The position numbers and the translations under genes are program-made. Shown piece after piece: positions 50,501 through 62,753 of a stretch of 64,000 nucleotides of DNA. Each line of letters opens with the position of its first letter. Position 1 is the stretch's first letter. The notes below the pieces were generated by a model. The model ran no database searches. It saw only the letters and a program-made list of their open reading frames with translations, and was not told where the DNA came from. The DNA comes from Pseudovirgaria hyperparasitica (Eukaryota): NCBI GenBank assembly GCA_010093815.1, contig ML996573.1. One strand, given 5' to 3'.

Positions 50501-53500
50501 AATACGCCTCGACTATCTAATTCTACCGCTCTATCTATCTATCTATTTATAGGTAGAACGTAGTACTAAGTTTCCGCTTAATTCCTAGCGTATAGTAGAA
50601 ATCCTTCTAAAATTTAGACGTTATCTACGGACCTCTATCTAAAACTATACCGTTTAGTATACTATGGAGCCGGACTACGTCACGGAGTAGTATATCTATA
50701 AGATCCGGTGCTTGGATCGTCTTCCTTATAGAGATATAGTATAATATCTTCGTAAATCTATCTAGAACTACAAGTAAACTATTATAAATATACCTAGAAT
50801 ACTTACTTAGGGGTAGATCTATGATGAAATCCATCGATAATTCCTTCCATGCCTCCTTTAGCATAGGTAATGGCCTTAATTTACTATATGGTAAGTGTCT
50901 ATATACTTTCGTATACTAGTAAACGTTATACGTTTTTACGTAGTCTTTTATATATTTATAAAGACCCGGCTAGTCGTACGTCCTTTAGATTAAATCGACC
51001 GTCCTTATAACGCCGAAGTGCCCTACTAACGCGTAATCGTGCTATTCCCTTAAAATATTAATTTATAAGCCGCCTTCTAGCACGTAGAGTCGGCCTTGGA
51101 AGTAGATCGTGTCTAATCGTCGTTTCTACCTTAATAACTACGGCGGATCTATAGCGCTTCCTTTTATACTTATAACTTTCTTTACTAATATATCGGAATT
51201 CTAGGTAGATTTAATTAAGTCTTTAAGGGTTTTCTTAGTTTCTTGGACGTTTATTTAGATTACTTAATACCCGCTCTAATTCCCGCAGAGAATCGCCGAA
51301 AGTGTCCTAGCTTCTAGCATTCTATTAGATAACTAGTCTTATAGTATCTAAAGTATAGTATAGTCTAACTTATACCGACTATCTACATCATTCTATAACA
51401 ATTTCTTATAATCTTCACGCCACGATAGAGAATTAGCTTTATTCTCTCTTCTAGCTTTATATAAGATTTTAAAGTTAAATATTAATATCTACTTAGCCTA
51501 ATATACTTATCGGCGATTAAGGACCTTAGTTAATATAAAGTAACATAGATTTATATAATCCGATAATAATTCAATCTAATATACGGAGCCTTCTAAATAA
51601 TATCGCTATTATTTAAAACTCTTAATAATTATAAGTAGTTCCTAGTCATGCGTGTTATAACGCGTCTCTATATCTACTATTTTATAGGAAAAGAAAGCGA
51701 CCGGGTGCCATTATATCTTATCTTTTATATCTTTATATAGTTAACTAATAATTCTAGTAATTACGAATTCTAACGCGTTAGTTTTAATCTAAATATACTT
51801 CTCGGGATCGAAATACCTAAGAATCGGCGTAGTTATAAAGTAATTCTTTAATAATCGGAACGTATCTCGCGCTTCCGGCGTTAACTATATCTCGACTAAC
51901 TTAGCTTTACGCTATGCTCGCCTATCTATAGAGATTTTACCGCCATTCTCTATAAGTTTATTAAGCAGCGCCGTAATTTATAAGAAGCCTATAATGAATT
52001 TATAATAATAGTTTACGAAACCTATGAATATTCTAATTTAATATATAGTAGTAGGTTCTGGCCATTCCATGATGGTCTTTACACGCTCCGGCTCTATTTT
52101 TAGGCCGCTATATATTATAATAAAGCCGAGAAACCCAACTTCTTGTTAGTGAAACTCGCATTTAGACAATTTTGCGTAGAGTTTATACTACCTTAGACGA
52201 TTTAGCACCGATTTCACGTGTTCTTTATAATCCTGCATGCTATTAGAGTAAATTAGTATATTATTAAGATAAACTACGCAAATCACGTTAAGTAATCCTA
52301 CGAGTATAGTATTAATATATCCTTAAAACGCTCCTAGCGTATTTATTAGCCCGAATGGCATAATAGTATACTTAAAATAACTATATCTAGTCTAAAATGC
52401 GGTTTTCCACTTATCTCCGCGATAAATTCGAAGCTAGTAATATATATCTCGTAAATCTAGCTTCGTAAAGTACTTTACCTTCGTTAATTAGTCTAAAGAT
52501 TTACTAACTAGCGGTAATAGATAACGATTCTTCTTAGTTACCGTATTTAGTATCTAATAGTCGACGTATAGACGTAAACTTCCGTCTTTCTTCTTCACGA
52601 AGAGAATAGGTACGCCGGCCGATAACGTACTATAACGTATCTAGCCTCTTTTAAGGTATTCTTTAATATATTTATAAAGAACTTTAAGTTCTAGTCTTAA
52701 AAGTAGGTAAAGTAGGCTATAAGGGACGTCTACTCCCTCTTCGAGCTTAATCTTTAGCTTATATAGCCNNNNNNNNNNTACGCCGGCCGATAACGTACTA
52801 TAACGTATCTAGCCTCTTTTAAGGTATTCTTTAATATATTTATAAAGAACTTTAAGTTCTAGTCTTAAAAGTAGGTAAAGTAGGCTATAAGGGACGTCTA
52901 CTCCCTCTTCGAGCTTAATCTTTAGCTTATATAGCCCGTGATTAGGGAGAAGTAACGCATCTCCTACCGAAAACATATCCGTATACTACGAATATACGTT
53001 AGGTAGCGTATCTTCGCCCTAATTATTACTATTATTCTCGTCTTTATCGACGATTAATAAGGACGTAAGATAGATTAGCGACGATCGGGTCCACACGGCA
53101 AGGTTCTATGCCTCCTTACTAATAGTTACGACTTACTAGTATAATTTACTATAGTATTATCGGAACGTTAATGTCTCCTTCTAAAAATCAAGGATAGAGT
53201 TTAGGCGTCTAAGCTAAGGCATCCCTAGAATCATATTCTATTAGCTAATATTAGCCACGATAAATTTATTAGATATCTACTATTTTATTATCTTTAAGTT
53301 ATGAACTTCATAATTCATTATAGCTTTACCTAAAGTTCTAACTTTATATCTATTAACTACGATAGTTCGGCTAACTTTACTAAGATCGTATAATAATCTA
53401 TACTCCTTTACGAGAATCGATAAAATATAGTTATCTTCTATACTAGTATCTACGAGGGCCTATATAGTTTTATTACCATTTACTATAGATAATAATACTT

Positions 53501-55172
53501 TTAGTAATATTAGGTCTTTACTCGCCGGAAGGCGCTATAGCTCCTTCTAAGTATATATAATTTAGCTAAGGACGTGGTTAGGTCTCGTGTACTAGCCTAT
53601 TCTTTTTTTAGATTCTTATAGTTAGGCGAAATATATTCTATTTCTCTATACTTATAGTAACGAAGTACGCTATAATCCTACTATTTTACGATAGGCGTTA
53701 TATTTAAGCCTATACCTTATCCTTTTCCGCGTTAAGAAGCACCGCCTTAATTATTTCGGTATCCTCTTAACGCGTTTCTACCCCGATTTACGCTCTTCTA
53801 GCGCTAATCATAGTAAGGTTACTCTTAATTAAACGTATTCGATCGACCTCGTTTCTAACCCGTATAGAGTTCGTCGGTTTTACCTAGAGAGCCGCGTTCC
53901 TTAAGGATATAGTAGTATTTATTAGCTTTCTCCTCTAATTTATATAGATAGTTAAAACTTAATAATACTATTTCTAGTCTTTCGCGGATTAACGGAAGTA
54001 GTACTTTATAAAACTAGAATATACGAATATTTTTCTATAGCGTAGGGATATTATTCTATAGGTTTTAGAGGTATTATAGTAGTTAAGTAGGTGTCTAGTT
54101 CGGTCGTTATACCACGCTTCTTAACTTAGATAGTGCCTTTCTTTCACGTTCTCTATCCGTTCCGAGGGTGTTTAGTATAAATATAGCTAAATATTCCTAG
54201 GTTATCATAGATAGTAGCTATACTTCCTTCTATCTATCCTATTAATCGCGGGATTATAAGCCTAGGTATCGTTCTCCGAACGAAATATATTATACTTTAG
54301 TAGAAAAGAGTAGAGGGTTATCAAGGAAGTACTTTTCATAGTCTCTCTTCTAGTCTTTCTACTCCTTTTGGTTCTTCCCTATAAATATAGTCGGGTCTTT
54401 AGGTTTTAGTATACCTAGGGAAGGAGTAGAGTAAATCGGTAACGAAGCGGCCGGGTATATAGTGGATTATCATAACTCTAATGGTAGGTAAACTAATTCC
54501 GCCTGAATTAGTATAGGAAGTCGTCCACCTACTATCGTTCGGCGTAGTTCTTTAAGAGACTCCTTAAGTTCTCGTCTCTTTGCGAGGAGTTTCACGCGTT
54601 CTATCTATTCTTTAAGGGTTTGAATCTCTCGAGTCTAATTCGCGACGTATTCCTAAAGTTTAGTAATAGTTTATTATAATACCTTGCGTGGCTCCGCCAC
54701 GACTCGTTATCCGACTTTATATTATTAGAAGTTACTTAGCGTATCTACCATTTCTTCGTCTAAAAGCTCCGTGATTTAGTCTAATATTTCTACTTCTCGG
54801 TTAGAAACGGCCGGGATTAATACCGATTATAGAGGATCCCTATTATTTAATATAGTATTACTTATCCCTATAGTAGATCGTGTTAACCTTCTCGGTTCTA
54901 GTTAGACTATCTTAACTATAGTACTATATAGGGAGTAATTCGAATGTAAGAATAGGGTTATTAGATAGTAGTATAGTTAGATAGAATAATAGGGTGTATT
55001 CTATTATAGAACGAATTACTACTAAACCCTTTCGGTAGGAATCCGAGAGTATATATATAAAGGGACGCCGATCTATCTAGTATATAACTATTTACCGCCC
55101 TTCACGTTACCTCCTAACCCTGTTAGCTAAGGTATATATAGGTCGGGTCCTACCTAAGGCTAAGTCCTAACA
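47516..55172 (-). mobile_element. Gypsy-1 chromovirus copy C, full length; LTRs 47516-47743 and 54945-55172; TSD ATACG
   Basis: 228-bp LTR pair TGTAAG...CTAACA; ATACG at 47511-47515 and 55173-55177. Chromodomain YEV..IL....YKI.WKGY.P.EDTWEP at ~49835-49950. Two N-gaps. Confidence 0.95.
48315..49314 (+). pseudogene. Antisense spliced accessory gene of Gypsy-1 (copy C allele; includes an assembly gap and duplication)
   Basis: ATG at 48315; same intron positions as copy B; donor GTATGT intact at 48930. Confidence 0.6.
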
Positions 55173-56676
55173 ATACGTTTACCTATATAATTAGAAGTAT
55201 ATCTTAGTCTCTTATTAGGTGCTAGGGAATATATAGACCTATATATTTATTCCTCTAAGACGCGACTATCCTCGTACGGCGGCGGCCTTAGTAATTCCTT
55301 AGGGCTGTTCTATTATTAGCTTTCTCGGGACGGTTTACTATTCCTAACCGCTTCCTCGTAAGGAGGTAGTCTATAGTAGTAGTATTATAGTAAAGAGAGG
55401 AACGGTAGTAGGTCGTATCGTTTATAGCTACCTTACTCCCTTTATCCGGATTAAGTAGATATATTTAGTAACCTATTTACGTTTCGCGCACGTAGCTAAC
55501 TACGACGGGTGCTTACCGTCGTAGTTAGAGTACTTCGCCGTGTCCCTATCCCTCTAGCCCTCTCCTCGTGTCCCGTAGGGGTACTTCTAGGTACTATATT
55601 CTTATCGATACTATCTATACCTAGTCTTTTAGGAGTACCGCTATGCTATATACCCGTATCCCTAATAGTTAAAGCACTATATTATCGCCTATACTCTATC
55701 CTATGGTTCCGCTATAAGAAGCTTCCCTTCCGCTAGGAATCCCTCTTATATAATTTAATACGCGAGGGCGGGGTCCTTAAGCTCTACTATTATAGTAGAG
55801 TGTACCTTTAATCTAGTTTTAATCCCTTATATATTCTTCTACCATGCTCTTATAATCTTAATCCCTAGGTATTTTCGCTCGTTTAACTATTCTATCCGCG
55901 TGATATCCTCTTCTCTAATAACCTATCCACTTACGGGTATAGAGTATACCTATATCGGGTATATGGCTACCCTAATAGAGGCGCCTAGGAAGATACTACT
56001 AATCGCGTTCGGATTACGCGAGATAGTCTACTACGCGATATTCGTTATCATAGTAAGTACTACTCCTCCTAGCGTAAGTTTAGCGACGATAACGTTTAAC
56101 TATATTCCCTTTTATTTATTAATCTTACTTACTATATCCTTTAGGGATACTTACTAGACCTATACTAGGGTGTCCTTATCCTAGATTACGATATATATAC
56201 TATATACCGCGTCACCGGTCCGGGGGGCCTATGGTATAGCCTCTAGTATTACTACTATTTATACCCATATACTAGGGCGCTTACCTTAAGTGAGTTCCTC
56301 CTAGATTCTATATAGGCTAGCCTCTATTCGGTCGAGCCTACCCTCCGGTCCTCCTAGTTATATCTTCTTCTTCTCCTCTATAATTCCCTTTAGGTTCCGG
56401 ATAAGGTCCTAGAATATATATAGAAGGGTCTTCTAGCCCTCTCCGGCTTCCTTCTCTATATATACTATCTAGTAGTTAATGTAATCTAGGAGGGTTTCCC
56501 CTCTTAGGGTCACCTTTATTCCGTCTATCTATAGCGGTATACGCCTTTGGGTGTGTTCTACGTTTTAAATAGGTATATGGTTGCCCTTAGTAATATCGCT
56601 ATATGGCCTTTTCTATCGTACCGGTAGGGGTATATCCGGTATATGCCGGGGTATGTCGGTGCCTAAGGCCGCCATA

Positions 56677-56709
56677 TTTATTAGTTAAGGGCTGCCCTTA
56701 ACTAATAAA
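56677..56709. repeat. Shared palindrome copy (LINE 5' UTR)
   Basis: TTTATTAGTTAAGGG-ctg-CCCTTAACTAATAAA. Confidence 0.95.
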
Positions 56710-59700
56710 AGGGGGTTAGTATATCGGCGTTCTAGTAGCGTAGTCCGTGCCTCTATCTCCGTAAGGATTTTAAGAGGGTATATATATATCTTTACACGGC
56801 GATAATATCTTAGTTTTAACGCTGTACGTACGTGCGTGTAGTAGTAGTTAGTATACTCGGTGTACTCTATTAATTAAGGTGTATATCTCGCTATATTACC
56901 CCGAATGGATTAAGTTAGCCTCTTAGGGATGTAAAAGAAGTTAAAGTAGTTAGTATAGGTAGTATAGTAGGGAGGAGATTGCTTAAACTAGCGATTATCC
57001 TAGTATTACTATATTAACTAAGATAGCCTAGTAAAGAGGACTTAGTATTTAAAGTATACGAACTAGTGGATACTAACTTTTAGCTACTACTTTATTAAGA
57101 TTATTAATAAGTTAAGTTAAATTAGTTATAAAGTATACTATTTTCTATCTATATATCCGGTTAGTTATATTTATACATCCAACTAGTTTACTACTACCTA
57201 TAGTAATTATATATAATATGTACTACTACTATAGCTATAACAAAGTAGTTTCTAGTCATGTATATTATAACGCGTCTCTATATCTACTATTTTATAGGAA
57301 AAGAAGGTAACTAGATACTATTATACCTTATCTTTTATATCCTTATATAGTTAACTAATAATTCTAGTAATTATAAATTCTAATATATTAGTTTTAACCT
57401 AAATATACTTCTTAGAATTAAAATACCTAAGAATTAGTATAGTTATAAAGTAATTCTTTAATAATTAGAATATATCTTACGCTTCTAGCGTTAACTATAT
57501 CTTAACTAACTTAGCTTTACGCTATACTTACCTATCTATAGAGATTTTACTACTATTCTTAGTAAGTTTATAAGCGGCGCTATAATTTATAAGAAGCCTA
57601 TAATAAATTTATAATAATAGTTTATAAAATCTATAAACGTTCTAATTTAATATATAGTAGTAGATTATAGCTATTCTATAATAGTCTTTATACGCTCTAG
57701 CTCTATTTTTAGACCGCTATATATTATAATAAAGCTAAGAAATCTAACTTCTTATTAGTAAAACTTATACTTAGATAATTTTATATAGAGCTTATACTAC
57801 CTTAGATAATTTAGTATTAATTTTATATATTCTTTGTAATTCTATATACTATTAGAGTAAATTAGTATATTATTAAGATAAACTATATAGATTACGTTAA
57901 GTAATTCTATAAGTATAATATTAATATATTCTTAAAACGCTTCTAGTGTATTTATTAGTCTAAACGGTATAATAGTATACTTAAAATAACTATATCTAGT
58001 CCGAAATGCGGTTTTCTACTTATCTCTATAACGAATTTAAAGCTAGTAATATATATCTTATAAATCTAGCTTCGTAAAGTACTTTACCTTTATTAATTAC
58101 CCTAAAGATTTACTAACTAGTAGTAATAGATAACGATTCTTCTTAGTTACTATATTTAGTATCTAATAGTTAACGTATAGATATAAACTTCCGTCTTTCT
58201 TCTTTATAAAGAGAATAGATATACTAGCTAATAACGTGCTATAATATATCTAGCCTTTTCTAAGGTATTCTTTAATATATTTTTAAAGAACTTTAAGTTC
58301 TAGTCTTAAAAGTAGGTAAAGTAGACTATAAGAGACGTTTACTCTCTCTTTAAGCTTAATCTTTAGCTTATATAGTCTATAATTAGGGAGAAGTAACGTA
58401 TCTCCTACTAAAAATATATCTATATACTATAAATATATATTAGATAGCGTATCTTTACTCTAATTATTACTATTATCCTTATCTTTATTAATAATTAATA
58501 GGAATATAAGATAGATTAGTAATAATTAAGTCCGTATAGTAAGGTTCTATATCTTCTTACTAATAGTTATAACTTACTAGTATAATTTACTATAATATTA
58601 ATAGAACGTTAATATCTCCTTCTAAAAATCAAGGATAGGGTTTAGGTATTTAAGCTAAGGCATCCCTAGAATTATATTCTATTAGCTAATATTAGCTATA
58701 ATAAATTTATTAGATATCTACTATTTTATTATCTTTAAGTTATAAACTTCGTAACTTATTATAGCTTTATCTAAAGTTCTAACTTTATATCTATTAACTA
58801 TAATAGTTTAGCTAACTTTACTAAGATTATATAATAATCTATACTCCTTTATAAGGATTAATAAAATATAGTTATCTTCTATACTAGTATCTATAAGGGC
58901 CTATATAGTTTTATTACTATTTACTATAGGTAATAATACTCTTAGTAATATTAGATCTTTACTTACTAGGAGGCGCTATAGCTCCTTCTAAATATATATA
59001 ATTTAGCTAAGAACGCGGTTAGATCTCGCGTACTAGCCTATTCTTTTTTTAGATTCTTATAGTTTAATAAAATATATTCTATTTCTCTATACTTCTAGTA
59101 ATAAAGTACGCTATAATCCTACTATTTTATAATAGGCGTTATATTTAAGTCTATATCTTATCCTTTTCTATATTAAGAAGTACTACCTTAATTATTTTAG
59201 TATCCTCTTAACGTGTTTCTACTCTAATTTATACTCTTCTAGTACTAATTATAGTAAGGTTACTCTTAATTAAATATATTTAATTAATCTTATTTCTAAC
59301 CCGTATAGGGTTTATTAGTTTTACCTAGAGAGCCGCGTTCCTTAAGGATATAGTAGTATTTATTAGCTTTCTCCTCTAATTTATATAGATAGTTAAAACT
59401 TAATAATACTATTTCTAGTCTTTCGTGGATTAATAGAAGTAGTACTTTATAAAACTAGAATATATAGATATTTTTCTATAGTATAGAGATATTATTCTAT
59501 AGGTTTTAAAGGTATTATAGTAGTTAAGTACGTATCTAGTTTATTTATTATACTATACTTCTTAACTTAGATAGTGCCTTTCTTTTACGTTCTCCGTCCG
59601 TTCTAAGAGTATTTAGTATAAATATAGCTAGATATTTCTAGGTTATTATAGATAGTAGCTATACTTTCTTCTATCTATTCTATTAATTATAGAATTATAA

Positions 59701-60639
59701 GTCTAGGTATTATTCTCTAAATAAAATATATTATACTTTAGTAGAAAAGAGTAGAGGGTTATTAAGGAAGTACTTTTTATAGTCTCTCTTCTAGTCTTTC
59801 TACTCCTTTTAGTTCTTCCCTATAAATATAGTTAGGTCTTTAGATTTTAGTATACCTAGGGAAGAAGTAGAGTAAATTAGTAATAAAGCGGCCGGGAGTA
59901 CGGTAGATTATTATAACTCTAGTAGTAGGTAAACTAATTCCGCCTAAATTAGTATAGGAAGTTAACTACCTATTATCGTTTGGCGTAGTTCTTTAAGAGA
60001 CTATAATAAACCTTCCCTAATAAGGATGCGGCTTATCCCTAAAGTAGTCCGTTCCATAGAGTGTCCCGGCTTTTCTAAAGATAAAGGTACTTAGAAGGCT
60101 TAGAGGAGTGTAAGTAGGTTTATAGTAAGTATTAATAGAGTATAAATAGTAACTAGCTAGTAGGCGAGTAAAGTAGTAATTATATCGGTATAAGTTTAAA
60201 TTAATTACTATAGAACTATTTCTAGAGATCGGGTCTAAAGGGTCTATATAGTTCTACTAAGGTTCTCTAATTAGAATGCTTATTCTAAGCGTTTAGTACG
60301 TTACTTAGAATACTAATATTCTATTTCTAATTACCTAGTAGACTACTTAGAATACCTATTCTAAGTACCTATAATTAGCTCTCTCTATAGGTGTCTATCT
60401 CGGCCTTAGGTTACTATCTAAGGCTATCTATCGTATTATAGGCACCTCTTCTACGTACTATACTATTTCTTATACTACTCGTACTAGAGTCTACGTATCC
60501 CCCTATGGCTCTAGCTAGTAATTTATTATATAATGCCCCTTCTAAGGTACTTCGTCCCGAAGTACTTCCGTAGCTACTTATAAGTGGAGAGTTATTCTAA
60601 CTTCCTTCGGTAAGAAGCCCTTCTTTCTTTTCTTCCGTT

Positions 60640-61281
60640 ATACCTAGAGTTATAAAATTAGTTAAGCCTTCTAAATCTAATCCGGCGAAACGGAGAGTTA
60701 CTTTATCTATTTTAATTAATTATAAAGGGGACGAAATACCTTTTCCTTACTTATTTTATAAGAAACACGGCTTAACCTATAGGGCGGTATTCGTAAAGTC
60801 CGATAAGTATTTAGAGTATATTTATTAGGGTCGTTCGGTAAGCGAGTATAGGATTAAGGCTTTAAGTAAGTTATCTTATAAGTTCTCTTTCTTTTAGTTA
60901 GAACTAGTAAGTAATATTTCTAGATAAGAAGGTTCGTTCTAAAAAGGCTTATCTTAAGCTAGAGAAAGAATATACGGCCGCTACTTAGCGAAAAGCTTAG
61001 TAGAACGCTTAGACCGCCTTTACGCGTCTAGAGCGTCTAGAGAAATAGTAGAAGCTATTAGAGCGTCGTCGAAATAATATACTTTATTAGAATCTATTAG
61101 TAATAGATCTTAAGAAGAAGGAGGAGCGACTTAAATAATAATAGAGAGTTACCATTAAGGAGGTTCCGAATTCTCCCTTAGGTTTTAATAATTCTTAGCT
61201 TAGTATAGAGGACTAGGCGAATCTAGGTTTATTTAATAGAACTTCTATAATAGTTACTAGTAGTTCGTTAAATATTCCCTA
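60640..61281 (+). pseudogene. Antisense 2-exon accessory gene of Gypsy-4: Zn2Cys6-like cluster plus coiled coil; intron 60866-60923
   Basis: TAY codons at 60748, 60757, 60778, 60808, 60817, 60847 give C-x2-C-x6-C-x9-C-x2-C-x9-C. A GTAAGT...TTTCTAG phase-1 intron joins this to RLERLEKQQKLLERRR. The 3' end is approximate. Confidence 0.65.
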
Positions 61282-62587
61282 GGTTCCTAAGTATTTAATT
61301 CATGTCCGTAGCCCTTCTACTTAATTAGATACTCTAATATTTTATTACTAATTCTAGATTCTAGAATCTTTTTAACTTCGAATTCTTCGTCTATAGCTTT
61401 AATATTAGTTTCGACTTTTATATTACGTGGTGCTAGTTCTAGTAATAAGATATAAAATACCGGGTATATCCTTATATTCTAAGGTAAAGATAGTTTATAA
61501 TTAACTTCTAAAATTTTTCATTTTATTTAGAAAGGTCTAATCTTCTTAAAGTCTAGTTTACTATTTAGTTATTATATCTTAATATTTTTCCGTGTAAGGA
61601 ATACTAGGTCTCCCCCCCTTAGAGATAGTCCCTTTATTCTCTTTTAGTTTATATATTTTACTATTCTTTTATTTATAAAGGAAAGTTTAGTTTATAGCTC
61701 TAAGTATAGTTTATATAGTTATTCTATCTTAATCTTTACTTTCGGTATAGATTATTCTAGTTTATAATTATAGCTAGCTATGGGGTTAAATCCGTAGTTC
61801 GCATAGAACGGTAAGGTTTTAGTTATTAAGGTTATCACGCTATTATAGGCGAATTAAGCTAGTAGTAGTAGTTCTACCTAATTATCTTATTATTTATTAA
61901 TATAGTATTATAGGTATTATTCTAGTATTCTATTTAGGATCTCCGTTTATCTATCCGTCTATAGATAATAGGCTATCGATAGTCGGTAGCTCGTTCCGAG
62001 CTATCGTACTAGGCTTTTCTAAAAGTTTAATATAAAGAGCTTATCTCTATTAGATATAATACTATTAGGTAAACCGTGGTTTACTATAACTACTCGTAGG
62101 AATATGTAGACCATTTCTTCTACGTCTATATTCTTTTAATAGAGTATAAAGTAGGCGTACTTCGTGAGTTTATTAACTACTACTAGTATAGTATCGTACT
62201 ATACTCGCGAGACTAGTTCTCTTAAGAGTGGTAGATCTATTATAAAATCTATAGAGATTATTTCCTAAGCATATAATGGTAGGGGAATTAGTTAGAGTTC
62301 TCCGTATAGTTTATATCTATTAGATTAGCTTTTATTATATAGAACGTAGTTCTATATAACTTCCTTAATAACTTATCTTTCCTTATAAGTCGTATAGTAT
62401 CTCTTAAATCTTTTATAAGTTTTTATTTCTTCTTAATGTCTATGCATTAGATCTTTATAGAATTCTTTAATAAAATAGTAGGCCTTATCTCTAGGGATTA
62501 TGCTTCTTCCCTCGGGGTCTTTAAGTATAAATTCTTTTTATATTACTATAATATATCGCGTTAGTCTAAGGTTTCTATCTTTAGTAA

Positions 62588-62753
62588 TGTTAGGCACGTA
62601 AGGAGCACGTGGCCTGCTAGTTGATTATACATGTGTGCAGCAGTCGTATATAAGTAGTGTGCTCCACCCTTGAAGTAGTAGCTTTAAGATTCGGTCCTTT
62701 TGGTGTAGTTGGTTGGTGCGTGGAGCCCGCCTCCTTATAAGTAACCTCTAACA
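62588..62753. mobile_element. 166-bp solo LTR of a further family inserted in Gypsy-4 pol
   Basis: TGTTAG...CTAACA inverted ends, internal TATATAA, many intact TG/CA dinucleotides unlike the flanks; interrupts the RNase H-integrase linker. Confidence 0.7.

Larger units (their letters stand above)
43988..56941 (-). mobile_element. Tad-like LINE (~5.3 kb net), RIP-inactivated; 16-bp TSD TAAAGTAGTTAGTATA; interrupted at the start of ORF2 by Gypsy-1 copy C
   Basis: TSD at 43972-43987 and 56942-56957; trinucleotide tail at ~43988-44004. RT motifs KAPGPDGIPN (~46200-46228), GIPQGSTISPILF (~45630-45668), YADD (45562-45573). APE motifs LLGDFNLH and STLDLT (~47000-47175). ORF1 with Cys/His knuckles ~55400-56520. 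Confidence 0.92.
15163..57242 (-). mobile_element. Gypsy-2 LTR retrotransposon with 150-bp LTRs (15163-15312, 57093-57242), TSD AAGTA; hosts three nested insertions
   Basis: Matching direct repeats T(A)TTAAGA...CTATAA(C/T)A with a 5-bp TSD. Minus-strand, de-RIP: protease ICLDTGS (~30150), RT FYPLP...YIDD (~28760-29030), RNase H end KEHVVPDALSRL (~27865-27900), integrase MDFIVGLP...DGQSERTNQTVE (~27050-27380). Gag-region DNA at 41660-43970. Confidence 0.85.
11093..60001 (-). mobile_element. Gypsy-1 chromovirus copy A; own sequence 11093-15162 and 57243-60001, split by Gypsy-2 and cut in gag by Gypsy-4
   Basis: 228-bp 3' LTR at 11093-11320 followed by the reverse-complement PPT. Colinear with copies B and C. 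Sequence stops at AAGTA (15158-15162) and resumes at AAGTA (57243-57247). Confidence 0.9.

Noticed and set aside
52611..52936. 158-bp direct duplication flanking the N-gap at 52769-52778
   Set aside because: Same assembly artefact.
30746..56157. Short ORF-track calls in the AT-rich block (I/L/Y-rich)
   Set aside because: They are antisense shadows or stop-free fragments of RIP-mutated gag/pol/LINE ORFs; 37162-37356 and 50625-50864 are integrase pieces.
15163..57242. 42-kb giant cargo element (Starship-like) bounded by direct repeats
   Set aside because: Internal pieces decode to Gypsy gag-PR-RT-RH-IN; the size comes from nested insertions; no tyrosine recombinase seen.
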